Source of the DNA: Alphaproteobacteria bacterium
GTDB taxonomy: Bacteria > Pseudomonadota > Alphaproteobacteria > JBBDQX01
DNA: 64,000 bases
Reading direction: 5' to 3'
Assembly: GCA_965601735.1 (NCBI GenBank)
Contig: OZ271840.1
Span: forward strand, 2,500,473-2,564,472
Shown here in pieces: positions 38,311-47,437 of the stretch (position 1 is the stretch's first letter; each line of letters begins with the position of its first letter). The notes beneath the pieces were generated by a model. That model was not told the DNA's origin. It worked only from the letters and a program-made list of their open reading frames with translations, and searched no databases. The translations under genes and the position numbers were made by a program.

Positions 38311-39690
38311 ATGACTGAGACCTACATCCGCGACCGTCTGGCCGAGCGGGTCCTGTCGATTGGTTTTGACGACCTGCCGCCAGAGACGGTGCATCAGGCC
38401 AAGCGCATGGTGCTGGACAGCATGGCCTGCTTGCTTGGCGGCTTTGCAAGTCGGCCGGCGGAGATCGTGCGCGAGACCGGCCGCATCCTCGGCGGTGCGC
38501 CTTTGGCGCGGGTCTACGGCACCGCCGAGGCCACCTCGCCGACCCAGGCGACACTGGCCAACGGTACGGCGATCCGGTTCCTCGACTGGAACGATTACTA
38601 TTTCCGCCGCGATCCCTCCCACGCCAGCGGCAACCTTGCCGCAGCCTTGGCGGTGGCAGAGAGCGAGGGGCTTGGTGGACGGGAGATGCTGCTTGGCCTG
38701 GTCGTCGGGTACGAGGTGCAACTCCGTCTGGTCGATCATGCCGGGGTGCCGAACCTGTGGGAGCGCGGCTGGCACCACGCCACGAATATGGCTTTCTCCA
38801 GCGCCGCCTTGTCGGCGCACCTGATGGGCCTGGATGCCGGGGCGACCGCCAACGCACTGGCCATCGCCGGCAGCCACAACAACACGCTGACCCAGTCCCA
38901 GCGCGGCAATATCCCGATGATGAAGGCGACCGCCGAAGCCGCCATTGCCCGCGGCGGTGTAGAGGCAGCGCTGCTGGCCCGCGCCGGGCTGAGCGGCCCA
39001 GAGGAGGTGTTCGAGGGTAAGTTCGGTTGGATCCCGGTCGTTGCGGGCGAGGTCGATATCGACGGCCTGCTGGCGCCCATAGGCGACCGGTTCCGCATCA
39101 TGGATACCTGCATCAAACCGTATGCCGCGGAAATGATGACCCAGTCATCGATCCAGGCGGCCATCGACGTGGTGTCGGAGAGCGGCCTCGACGTCGGCGC
39201 AATCGACCATGTCGAAGCGCGGTTTCACGACTACGCCTTTAAGAAGCCCTCCTGGGACCCGAAGAAGCTCCACCCCAAGGACAAGGAAACGGCGGACCAT
39301 AGTTTCCCCTACTGCATTGCCGTGGCGATGATCGACGGCGATTGCGGGCCGGAGCAGTACACCGATGCGCGGCTTGCAGATCCGCAGGTCCGCGCATTGA
39401 TGGACAAGGTGGAATTGACCGTGGATCCGGCGCTGACGGCGTTGTTGCCGGACAGGTTCGGCACGGCGGTGAAGGTGACGATGGCGGATGGTTCCGTCTA
39501 CGAGGCGGTGTGCGATTGCCCGCCTGGCCACCCGGACAATCCGCTGAGCGACGCGGCACTGGAGGACAAATTCCGCCGCCTCGCGGAAGGGTTGCTGAGC
39601 CCGGCGCAAACCGATGCAGCCATCGCCGCGACCTGGTCGCTGGACGGTTTAGACAGCATGTCAGAGTACGCAGATCTGTTTCTAATCTGA
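38311..39690 (+). CDS. MmgE/PrpD family protein, paralog 2
   Basis: Start MTETYIRDRL at 38311 (ORF from 38218). PrpD-fold sequence. Confidence 0.8.
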   Translation: MTETYIRDRLAERVLSIGFDDLPPETVHQAKRMVLDSMACLLGGFASRPAEIVRETGRILGGAPLARVYGTAEATSPTQATLANGTAIRFLDWNDYYFRRDPSHASGNLAAALAVAESEGLGGREMLLGLVVGYEVQLRLVDHAGVPNLWERGWHHATNMAFSSAALSAHLMGLDAGATANALAIAGSHNNTLTQSQRGNIPMMKATAEAAIARGGVEAALLARAGLSGPEEVFEGKFGWIPVVAGEVDIDGLLAPIGDRFRIMDTCIKPYAAEMMTQSSIQAAIDVVSESGLDVGAIDHVEARFHDYAFKKPSWDPKKLHPKDKETADHSFPYCIAVAMIDGDCGPEQYTDARLADPQVRALMDKVELTVDPALTALLPDRFGTAVKVTMADGSVYEAVCDCPPGHPDNPLSDAALEDKFRRLAEGLLSPAQTDAAIAATWSLDGLDSMSEYADLFLI

Positions 39691-39722
39691 GCGCACCGGC
39701 GCCCGCCCGCGCGGGTTTTTTT
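39691..39722 (+). terminator. Putative intrinsic terminator 1 (GC-rich CCGCCCGCGCGGG palindrome followed by T7)
   Basis: Lies immediately after the prpD-like stop. GC stem followed by TTTTTTT at 39716-39722. Confidence 0.5.
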
Positions 39723-39738
39723 GAAGAAACGTGGAATC

Positions 39739-39758
39739 GCCCGGAATCCGGGCTTTTT
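39739..39758 (+). terminator. Putative intrinsic terminator 2 (GCCCGG-AAT-CCGGGC followed by TTTTT)
   Basis: Perfect 6-bp stem, 3-nt loop, then a T5 run. Tandem with terminator 1. Confidence 0.55.
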
Positions 39759-39784
39759 CCAGCCCAAAAACAGGCCCTTAAATG

Positions 39785-39813
39785 TTGACCCCCATGATGC
39801 GGGGTGTTTAAGT
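39785..39813 (+). promoter_or_regulatory. Putative sigma70-type promoter for tctC (TTGACC - 17 bp - TTAAGT)
   Basis: -35 TTGACC at 39785-39790, 17-bp spacer, -10 TTAAGT at 39808-39813, about 100 bp upstream of the tctC ATG. Confidence 0.35.
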
Positions 39814-39916
39814 GACCGCCGTTTTGCCCGATCCGAGGTCGCGAGAAAGGCCGAAGACGCCACAGCGCGGACGGGAAATACGGATAGGGCAGAGATTCAC
39901 TCTAGGAGAGGCAGCA

Positions 39917-40888
39917 ATGCATCTTTCGACCAAGCTTCTGGGCGCGGCTGCGGCCGTTTCCATGCTCGCCGCTGCGGCCGTGTCCGCGCCGGCGCAGGCG
40001 GCCGATTGGCCGAAGAAGACCATCACCTGGATCGTGCCGTTCGGCGCGGGCGGTGGCACCGACCGTTGGTCGCGCATCATGGCGGCGACCGCGTTCGACC
40101 ATTTCGACGGCAACGGCTGGCACGTCCGCAACCGCCCGGGCGGTTCGGGTATCGCCGGCTGGAAGTGGCTGCTTGACCGTCCCGCCGACGGCTACAGCAT
40201 CCTGATGAACAGCTCCACGCCGGTGATCGCGCTGGCCCTGGAGTCCAAGCCGGCCCTGGATCCGCGCAAGGACATCAAGATCTGCGCCTTCGTTAGCGCG
40301 TTTCGTTCCTACGCGATGTCGCTGAAGGGATCGAAGTACCAGTCGGTTGACGACGTGGTGAAGGCAGCCAAGGGCGGCGAGAAGATCACCATGGGCGGCA
40401 CCCAGTCGCATCTGCTGGGCCAGGCCAACTTCTGGAGCCAGCTGGGCGTCGAGCTCACCTACGTCAGCTATGACGGCTCCGGCCAGACCATGGCGGACTT
40501 CCTGGGCGGCCACGTTGATCTGGGCGCTGCGACTGGTACCGCGACCACCGGTGTTGCACCGGAGAAGGCGACCGTGCTGGCCAACACCAGCGACCTTGGC
40601 AATCCGAAGGGCTTCGAAGAAGCCGTCGGCGGCAAGGTTCCGACCGCTGAGAGCCTGGGCCTGTCGGGCCTGAGCTTCCCGCGTTGGGTTGGTGTCCACC
40701 CGGATACCCCGGACGCGGTCTGCGAGCAGATCTCGACCCGTGTCGGGACCCTGGTGAAGGACAAGTCCGTCACCCGCCTGATCAGCCGCGTTAAGGAAGA
40801 GGTTATCTACTTCCCGATGGCTGAGGCACAGGCCAAGTACAGCGCAGCCGTTGAGAAGTTCACCAAGGCTGCGGCGATGCTGAAGTAG
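39917..40888 (+). CDS. tctC: Tripartite tricarboxylate transporter substrate-binding protein (TctC/Bug family)
   Basis: Start MHLSTKLLGAAAAVSMLAAAAVSAPAQA (signal peptide) with an AGGAGAG SD. Bug-family sequence. Confidence 0.8.
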   Translation: MHLSTKLLGAAAAVSMLAAAAVSAPAQAADWPKKTITWIVPFGAGGGTDRWSRIMAATAFDHFDGNGWHVRNRPGGSGIAGWKWLLDRPADGYSILMNSSTPVIALALESKPALDPRKDIKICAFVSAFRSYAMSLKGSKYQSVDDVVKAAKGGEKITMGGTQSHLLGQANFWSQLGVELTYVSYDGSGQTMADFLGGHVDLGAATGTATTGVAPEKATVLANTSDLGNPKGFEEAVGGKVPTAESLGLSGLSFPRWVGVHPDTPDAVCEQISTRVGTLVKDKSVTRLISRVKEEVIYFPMAEAQAKYSAAVEKFTKAAAMLK

Positions 40889-40913
40889 GATCGCTGACTG
40901 CTTGAGACGCAAG

Positions 40914-40946
40914 GGCCCGGGCCGCGGTTTCCACCGCGCCCGGGCC
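40914..40946. other. Intercistronic GC-rich hairpin after tctC (about 12-bp stem with one bulge, 7-nt loop)
   Basis: GGCCCGGGCCGCGG-TTTCCAC-CGCGCCCGGGCC in the 120-bp tctC-tctB gap. Confidence 0.4.
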
Positions 40947-41008
40947 TGCGTGTCCTAGCACCAATTTCATTAGATCATTCTCACATAACGTAAAGCCGGG
41001 GTAAGCGC

Positions 41009-41527
41009 GTGAGCGATTCCAACGAAACCCCTCAGCACGGCGTGCCGCCGCTGTTGCGTACCAACCGGGGCGTCGGCGTGATTTTGAGTGCCGTCGCGGG
41101 GGCGCTGCTGCTCTACGTGATCGTCGGTACCGACAGTTTCCGGGTGCTACGGGACGGTTTCTACCTCGGTACCTTCCCGATGATCGGGGCCGGTGCTTGC
41201 CTGGTGCTCAGCCTGGTCCTGCTGGTCGACCGCTTCAAGAACCAGGAAGTGGAAGAGATGGAGGACCTCACCAAGTCCGGCCTGTTATTCGTGGTTGGCG
41301 CGGTGATTGCCGGGGTCATTTTCATCCAGCTGGTGCGGTTCACCGGCTTCGGCGTGGCGGGGACAGTCTACCTTGGCACGATGCTCAGCATCGCTGGGGT
41401 GCGGCCGATCCGAAATGCCATCCTCTATGGTTTCGGCATGACCGCCGGCGTCTTCTTGCTCTTCACGATCGTGGGCATCAACCTCGATCTGATCCCTGAG
41501 TGGCTTGCTGACCGGATGCTCGGTTAG
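41009..41527 (+). CDS. tctB: Tripartite tricarboxylate transporter small membrane protein TctB
   Basis: Four-TM small protein of the TctB family. GTG start. Confidence 0.7.
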   Translation: MSDSNETPQHGVPPLLRTNRGVGVILSAVAGALLLYVIVGTDSFRVLRDGFYLGTFPMIGAGACLVLSLVLLVDRFKNQEVEEMEDLTKSGLLFVVGAVIAGVIFIQLVRFTGFGVAGTVYLGTMLSIAGVRPIRNAILYGFGMTAGVFLLFTIVGINLDLIPEWLADRMLG

Positions 41528-41563
41528 CCGCGGCACTTGATAATATTCTAGAGAGGTTAGCCC

Positions 41564-43168
41564 GTGGCTTTTGACGCATTCGCCTTCCAGGAAGCGCTGG
41601 CACTCGTCTTCCGGCCGGAAACCCTGATGTGGCTGGCCTTCGGTGTCACGGTCGGCACCGGCGTCGGGGCCATGCCCGGTCTCACGACATCGACCGGCCT
41701 CGCGCTGTTCCTGCCGCTCACCTTCAACATGGACACGGCCAACGCGCTGGGTCTGCTAATCGGTCTCTACAAGGGCTCGATCTGGGGCGGCTCGATCTCG
41801 GCGATCAGTTTCGCCACACCAGGCGCGCCGGATTCAGCAGCGACAGTCTATGACGGCTATAAGCTCATGCTGCGGGGCAAGGGCAAGAAAGCCATCCTTG
41901 TCGCCTTGTATTCGTCTGTGACCGCGGACTTCCTCAGCGACGTCGTCACCATCATCGCAGCCCCGCTGCTGGCCATCGTCGCGCTGAAGTTCGGTCCGAC
42001 AGAAAAGTTCTGGGTCATGGTGCTGGCCATCGCGCTGCTGGGCGCCTTGAGCGGCGCGCATTTGGCCAAGGGCATGTTATCGGCGGCGATAGGTCTGTTT
42101 ATCGGCACCATCGGCACCGACCCGGTCGCCTTCGTGGAGCGCATGACATTCGGCGTCTGGTGGCTCAATGAGGGCGTCAAGCTGGTGCCGCTGATCATCG
42201 GCATCTTCGCCTTCTCGCGGATGCTTGAGGAATCGCTAAAGCTCTTCATCGAGCGCAAAAGCGAGGTGAACCTCAGCGAACGCATCTCCGCGATGTTCGG
42301 CAAGGGTAGTGAGGGCCTGACTTTCCGGGAGTTCCTGTCGTGCTGGCGGGAAATGGCCATCGGCTTCTTCGCCGGGACCATCATCGGTGCGCTGCCGGGG
42401 CTGGGCGCTACGGTTGCGGCCTTTGTCTCCTACAGCCTGGTAAAGCAGATCTTCCCCGAGAAGAAGATCGGCACCGGCCGGATCGAAGGCATCGCGGCGG
42501 CGGAAGCGGGCAACAACGCCACTGTCGGCCCGACCCTGATCCCGCTACTGGCCTTCGGCATTCCGGGAAGTTCGTCGGCGGCGCTGATCGGTGCGGCGCT
42601 GACCCTGCAGGGCGCGGACCCGAACCCGCGCTTCTTCTCGCTCTACCCGGAAATTGTCTACTCGTTGTTCATGATCCTGATTATCGGCAACGCGATGAAC
42701 CTGTTCATCGGCCGGGTGTTTGGGCTGATGTATGCCCGGATCGGGCAGCTGCCGCGTGAGCTGCTGATACCGCTGGTCATGATGATGGCGATCATCGGCT
42801 CCTTCGTCTTCCGGGGCGAGTTCACCGACGTCTATGTCATGCTGTTCTTCGGGTTTGTCGGCTTCTTCCTGCGCATCTTCGGCATTCCCGAGGCGCCGCT
42901 GGTGGTGACCTACATCATCACGCCGCTGCTGGAAGCCAACATCCGCCGGGCGCTGTTGATCCAGGACGGCAGCATGTTCCAGGCCCTGTTCCACAGCAAG
43001 CTGGCCATCGGGCTCGCCGTCACCGCGGCGGTGCTGACGTACTTCTCCGCCAAGCTGCAGGTGATGGAGCGCATCGCCCATGCGGCGCAGGATGACGCCA
43101 AGGCCGAGCGGAACCAGCAAGCTTCCGGTGGCGACGGCGACGGCAACCAGAAACCGCCGACAGCCTAG
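41564..43168 (+). CDS. tctA: Tripartite tricarboxylate transporter permease TctA
   Basis: Large multi-TM TctA family protein. GTG start with an AGAGAGG SD. Confidence 0.8.
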   Translation: MAFDAFAFQEALALVFRPETLMWLAFGVTVGTGVGAMPGLTTSTGLALFLPLTFNMDTANALGLLIGLYKGSIWGGSISAISFATPGAPDSAATVYDGYKLMLRGKGKKAILVALYSSVTADFLSDVVTIIAAPLLAIVALKFGPTEKFWVMVLAIALLGALSGAHLAKGMLSAAIGLFIGTIGTDPVAFVERMTFGVWWLNEGVKLVPLIIGIFAFSRMLEESLKLFIERKSEVNLSERISAMFGKGSEGLTFREFLSCWREMAIGFFAGTIIGALPGLGATVAAFVSYSLVKQIFPEKKIGTGRIEGIAAAEAGNNATVGPTLIPLLAFGIPGSSSAALIGAALTLQGADPNPRFFSLYPEIVYSLFMILIIGNAMNLFIGRVFGLMYARIGQLPRELLIPLVMMMAIIGSFVFRGEFTDVYVMLFFGFVGFFLRIFGIPEAPLVVTYIITPLLEANIRRALLIQDGSMFQALFHSKLAIGLAVTAAVLTYFSAKLQVMERIAHAAQDDAKAERNQQASGGDGDGNQKPPTA

Positions 43169-44544
43169 CGCTTGGCGGGGGCGGCAAGCCGCTCCATGAA
43201 ATCGGCGATCCCGGCCGGGTCGAGCTCCTCGATCCGGCCGGTGTCGTTTATCAGCGCCTCGATCGCCGCCGCGTCGTGATGCGTGGCCAGGCAATCGACC
43301 ACCTTCTCGCGGTGCTGGGCCGCGCTCACCGGCTCATCGCCCCAGGGCCCCGGCGGGCCGTCGCAACGCTCGGTGAATTCCGTGCCGTCGGCAAGGCGGA
43401 CGGCAATCGCCACATGCATCGCCTCGAAATGCGCCGGGATCGCCTCGTCGGCGATCAGCGTGACCTTTGGCAGCAAGGCCTCCATATCCGCGGCGAAGCG
43501 CCGTTCGTCGGTGAAGCTGGCGATGCTTACCGCGCCGTCGAGCAGGCCGCAGGCAGCGGTGTATTGCAGGCTGAACTTGCCTTCTAGGCCGCTGCCCGGG
43601 GCGGGCTTGTCGATATAGGGCATAACCGGCGCGGTGACGGTGACGGCCGCGATGGCGGCAGGGTCCGCCGGCAGCCGGTCATGCAGGGCGCGGCCGGCAG
43701 TGATCGCGAAATGGGTGCCGTACTGGGCCGGGTACAGCTTCAGGGCATAGCCCGGATCGACCACACGGTAGGGCGCCATGAAGCCAGTGAAGGCGGCCGG
43801 ATCGAACTTCGGCAGGAAGGTCTCCGCATAGCCCAGCGGGGCCTCAAGGATATCGGGCCTGCCGGTGAAGCCGCGTTCGGCCAGTAGCGCTGCCTCCAGG
43901 CCGTGGGCGGTCGCTAGGCCACAATGGGTGGCCTTGGTCATGGTCCCGGCGTTGGCGAGCAGGCCGCCGGCGCGCGAGGCAGCGATGCCGAGGGCGTGGC
44001 AGGTGTGTGCAACGTCCAGACCGAGCAGCTTCGATGCCGCGAGTGCGCTGCCCAAGGCACCGGTGGTGCCCGGCGGATGGAACTTGAGCTGGCGCGGCTC
44101 GTATTGGCGCGAGGCGGCGCGGATCATGCCCTGGACCTCGATACCGGCGATCATGGCGGTGACCACGGCGCGGCCGTCGAGCCCGCGCCATTGCGCCAGC
44201 GCCAAGATCGCGGGCAGGGAGGTGGATAGCTGATGGTTGGCGGGGCTCCACATCGGCTCGTAGTCGAGCACATGCATCGCCGCGCCGTTGATCGTGGCGG
44301 CCTGCACCACCGACGCACGGGCGCCAAAGCCGATCAGGCTCGCCTGGGCATGGCCGCCCAGGGCGGCGGCCTGTTCCGCCAGCAGGCGCGGCCCTTGTTG
44401 GCGCGACCCGGCGACGGCGACCGCGATCCCGTCTAGGATCAGTTGCCGGGCGGCGTTCAGCGTCTCCGGCGGCAGGTCGTCGAAGACCAGGGCTAGCGCT
44501 TGGCGCGCGGCGGCTTCGGTGAGGGAATGCGGGGCGTCGTTCAT
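43165..44544 (-). CDS. MmgE/PrpD family protein, paralog 3
   Basis: Start MNDAPHSLTEAAARQALALVFDDLPPE at 44544. The 615-aa ORF N-terminus is antisense to the ridA-like gene. Confidence 0.8.
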   Translation of the reverse strand: MNDAPHSLTEAAARQALALVFDDLPPETLNAARQLILDGIAVAVAGSRQQGPRLLAEQAAALGGHAQASLIGFGARASVVQAATINGAAMHVLDYEPMWSPANHQLSTSLPAILALAQWRGLDGRAVVTAMIAGIEVQGMIRAASRQYEPRQLKFHPPGTTGALGSALAASKLLGLDVAHTCHALGIAASRAGGLLANAGTMTKATHCGLATAHGLEAALLAERGFTGRPDILEAPLGYAETFLPKFDPAAFTGFMAPYRVVDPGYALKLYPAQYGTHFAITAGRALHDRLPADPAAIAAVTVTAPVMPYIDKPAPGSGLEGKFSLQYTAACGLLDGAVSIASFTDERRFAADMEALLPKVTLIADEAIPAHFEAMHVAIAVRLADGTEFTERCDGPPGPWGDEPVSAAQHREKVVDCLATHHDAAAIEALINDTGRIEELDPAGIADFMERLAAPAKR

Positions 44545-44589
44545 GGCGGTCCGTCTAAAATGAAACGCGAAGAGGGAGGAGATCGCATT

Positions 44590-44979
44590 ATGGCGCAACG
44601 TCTTCACAACCCGGAAACCATGCCCAAACCCTTCAGTGCCTATGCACAGGGCGTGGAAGTGCCCGGCGACAGCCGTCTGCTGTTCGTCTCCGGCCAGATG
44701 GGCGTGACACCGGCAGGTGAATCGGTGGTGTCGGATTTCGACAGCCAGTGCAAACAGGCCTTCGACAACATCATTGCGGTGCTCGAGTCCGCCGGCATGG
44801 GGGTGGAGAACATCGTCAAGCTGAACGCCTATCTGACCCGCAGGGAAGACGTGCCGCGTTACCGGGCGGTGCGGGATTCGGTGCTGGGCGGCCATCTCGC
44901 GGCGTCCACGGTGGTCACCATCGCGGCGCTCACCCATGAGGAACTGTTCGTCGAGATCGAAGCGGTCGCGGCGGGGTAG
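44590..44979 (+). CDS. RidA/YjgF family reactive-enamine deaminase
   Basis: Start MAQRLHNPETMPKPFSAYAQGVEV at 44590 with a GGGAGGAG SD. Conserved YjgF fold. Confidence 0.8.
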   Translation: MAQRLHNPETMPKPFSAYAQGVEVPGDSRLLFVSGQMGVTPAGESVVSDFDSQCKQAFDNIIAVLESAGMGVENIVKLNAYLTRREDVPRYRAVRDSVLGGHLAASTVVTIAALTHEELFVEIEAVAAG

Positions 44980-44983
44980 GGAC

Positions 44984-45841
44984 ATGAAGGTCACGCTCCT
45001 GGGCACCGGCAACCCGGTGCCGTCCGCGAGCCGCGTCGGCTCCAGCTATCTGGTCGAGAACGGCGATGCCCTGATGCTGTTCGATCATGGACACGGGTCG
45101 CACCAGCGGCTCCTCGATGCGGGCCATACGGCCGCCGACATCAGCCACCTGTTCCTGACCCACCTGCATTACGACCATTGCTGCGATGTGCCCAGGCTGC
45201 TGCTGCACCGCTGGGATCAGGCGGCGCATTCGGCGGCCCCGCTGGTTATCCACGGCCCGCCGGGCACCCGGCAGTTCCTCGACCGGCTGCTCGGCCCCTC
45301 GGGGGCCTTTTCGCCGGATTTGCGCGCGCGCATCAACCATCCCATGAGCATCGAGATCTTTCGGGAGCGCGGCGGCGGCGCGGACCGCCCCTGGCCGGTT
45401 TATCCCGCGACAGAGGTGGGTCCAGGCGACAGCATCGACGGCGATGGCTGGGCCATGCGAGTCGCCGAGGTGCCCCATGCCCAACCCTATCTTACCTGCC
45501 TAGCTTACCGGCTTGAGGCGGCGGACGGCGTGCTGGTCTATTCCGGCGATGCCGGGCCATGCGCATCAATGCGCAACCTGGCGCAGGGCGCGGACCTCCT
45601 GATCCATATGTGCGCCAATGTCAGCGGCGAAGAGGCGGCGCCCATGTCCGGCGCCTCGGCGATGCCGCACAGGGCTTTGGCCATGCTGGCCGAGGACTGC
45701 GCGGTGAAGACCCTGGTGGCGTCGCACATCAATCCGGGTATGGATCGGCGGCGCAACGAACTGCAGGCGGATATGCAGGCGATCTACAACGGCCGCCTGG
45801 TCTGGGCCGAGGACATGATGGAGCTCACCGTCGGCGGCTAG
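44984..45841 (+). CDS. MBL-fold metallo-hydrolase
   Basis: HLHYDH metal-binding motif. Start MKVTLLGTGNP. Confidence 0.75.
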   Translation: MKVTLLGTGNPVPSASRVGSSYLVENGDALMLFDHGHGSHQRLLDAGHTAADISHLFLTHLHYDHCCDVPRLLLHRWDQAAHSAAPLVIHGPPGTRQFLDRLLGPSGAFSPDLRARINHPMSIEIFRERGGGADRPWPVYPATEVGPGDSIDGDGWAMRVAEVPHAQPYLTCLAYRLEAADGVLVYSGDAGPCASMRNLAQGADLLIHMCANVSGEEAAPMSGASAMPHRALAMLAEDCAVKTLVASHINPGMDRRRNELQADMQAIYNGRLVWAEDMMELTVGG

Positions 45842-47397
45842 TCCACGGCATCCCAGGGGGCGAGCGCGGCGGTCTCCGCGCCAGAGATGCGACCGGTGAT
45901 GAAGCACTCCGACAGGTTGCCGCCGGTCATGTAGAGGTGGCCCCAGATGCTGCCGCACTCGCCCGCCTCATAGAGCCGGGGGATCGGCTCTCCGAAGCTG
46001 TTTAGCACCCGCTGACGGGTGTCGTGGCGCGGGCCGCCCTGGGTGTTGGAAACGACCGGCCAAACCTCCGCGATGTAATAGGGCGGCGTCTTGATGGGCG
46101 TCATGCTGCCTGGCGGACGGCGGAAGTCGGTGTCCTCACCCGCGTCGCACAGCGCGTTCCAGCGGTCGATGGAGGCGGACAGAACCGCCGCGTCGCAGCC
46201 GATCAGCCCGGCGAGCTCTTCCAGCGTATCCGCCTTCTTCAGCATGCCGTTCTCTAGCTCGGCAAGGTTGTCGTCGCTCCACTTGTAGTAGGGCACGTCC
46301 CGATCATTGAAGACGGTCTGGGCCAGGGGATACATCTTGCGGCCGTCCTCGTCGATCACGCAGAAGGCCGGGATGTAGGGATACTCCTGGTCGATCGGCT
46401 CGAAATGGTCGATCGGCCGATGGCTGGTATCCTGCGCGTATGGCGGGCATTCGTTCATGAACCGCTTGCCGGTCTTGGACAGCAGGATCCACGACATCTG
46501 CACATCCATCGGGTCACTGCCGGGCGTCCAGTCCGGCAGCCGCTTCATGCGGATGGCGAAGGGATAGGCCGGATCGTAATGGCGGATGCCGTAGGACCCA
46601 TGGAAATGCCACATGTGCCACAGCTCCGCGCCCAGATCCTGGGCCATACGGAGGCCGTCGCCGGTATTGCCGCGCCCGGTGGCGTAGAGCACGGGCTTCA
46701 GCTGCCAGAACTGCTTCTTCATCTCGTCCGCGTTCTCGAAGCCGCCGCAGGCCAGGACCACCCCGCGCCGCGCCTTGACCGCCTTGCGCTCACCGCCATG
46801 CTCGATCCATACGCCGCGCACCTCGTTGCCGCCGTCGGTGATCAGCCGCAGCGCCGGGGTGGATAGCCGCACCTCGATGCCCCGTTCGCGGATGTTGTCT
46901 TCCAGCACCTTGAAGATCTTCGGCCCCCCGGCGCGCGCGCGGGCGTGGGGATAGTCGCGCTCCGCATTGAAGCCGGGCACCTCGTCGACCTCGATGAAAT
47001 AGAAGGTCTTGTAGCCGGGCAGGGGGTAGTTGGCCTCGCGCTCGCGCCATAGCAGCTTGGCGTCGCTGACCTTGGCCAGGTCTTTCCAGTAATCCTCGAG
47101 CTCCATCATGCCGTCGCAGAAGGTGCGCAGGATGTCATCCGGCGTGGTGCCGGCGGCCTGGGCCTTGAGGTATTCGAAGGCCTGCTCCTTATCGTGGGCG
47201 AGGCGCATACCGCCACCCGAGCAAATCGAGATGCCGCCGGGATCGGCCATCTTTTCCACCAGCAGCACCTTGGCGCCCGCGTCATGGGCAGCGATGGCCG
47301 TCGCCGCGCCGGCGAAGCCATAGCCGATCACCACCACGTCGTAGGTCTCATCGAAGGCGGTGGTATAGCGGTCAGGCGCGGCCGATTGATCGTTCAT
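45838..47397 (-). CDS. FAD-binding dehydrogenase (fumarate-reductase / 3-ketosteroid-dehydrogenase-like flavoprotein)
   Basis: Start MNDQSAAPDRYTTAFDETYDVVVIGYGFAGAATA (GxGxxG) at 47397. The upstream 110 codons are an artefact. Confidence 0.75.
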   Translation of the reverse strand: MNDQSAAPDRYTTAFDETYDVVVIGYGFAGAATAIAAHDAGAKVLLVEKMADPGGISICSGGGMRLAHDKEQAFEYLKAQAAGTTPDDILRTFCDGMMELEDYWKDLAKVSDAKLLWREREANYPLPGYKTFYFIEVDEVPGFNAERDYPHARARAGGPKIFKVLEDNIRERGIEVRLSTPALRLITDGGNEVRGVWIEHGGERKAVKARRGVVLACGGFENADEMKKQFWQLKPVLYATGRGNTGDGLRMAQDLGAELWHMWHFHGSYGIRHYDPAYPFAIRMKRLPDWTPGSDPMDVQMSWILLSKTGKRFMNECPPYAQDTSHRPIDHFEPIDQEYPYIPAFCVIDEDGRKMYPLAQTVFNDRDVPYYKWSDDNLAELENGMLKKADTLEELAGLIGCDAAVLSASIDRWNALCDAGEDTDFRRPPGSMTPIKTPPYYIAEVWPVVSNTQGGPRHDTRQRVLNSFGEPIPRLYEAGECGSIWGHLYMTGGNLSECFITGRISGAETAALAPWDAVD

Positions 47398-47437
47398 GGC
47401 TCGGAACGGTCTCCGTTTCGAGGGGTTAGGGCGGGGT

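Noticed and set aside
38249-38857. Arg/Pro-rich 203-aa N-terminal extension of ORF 37688..38857
   Set aside because: Antisense to the PrpD-2 gene (38311..39690) with no protein-like composition. The real small gene starts at ATG 38248 or 38041.
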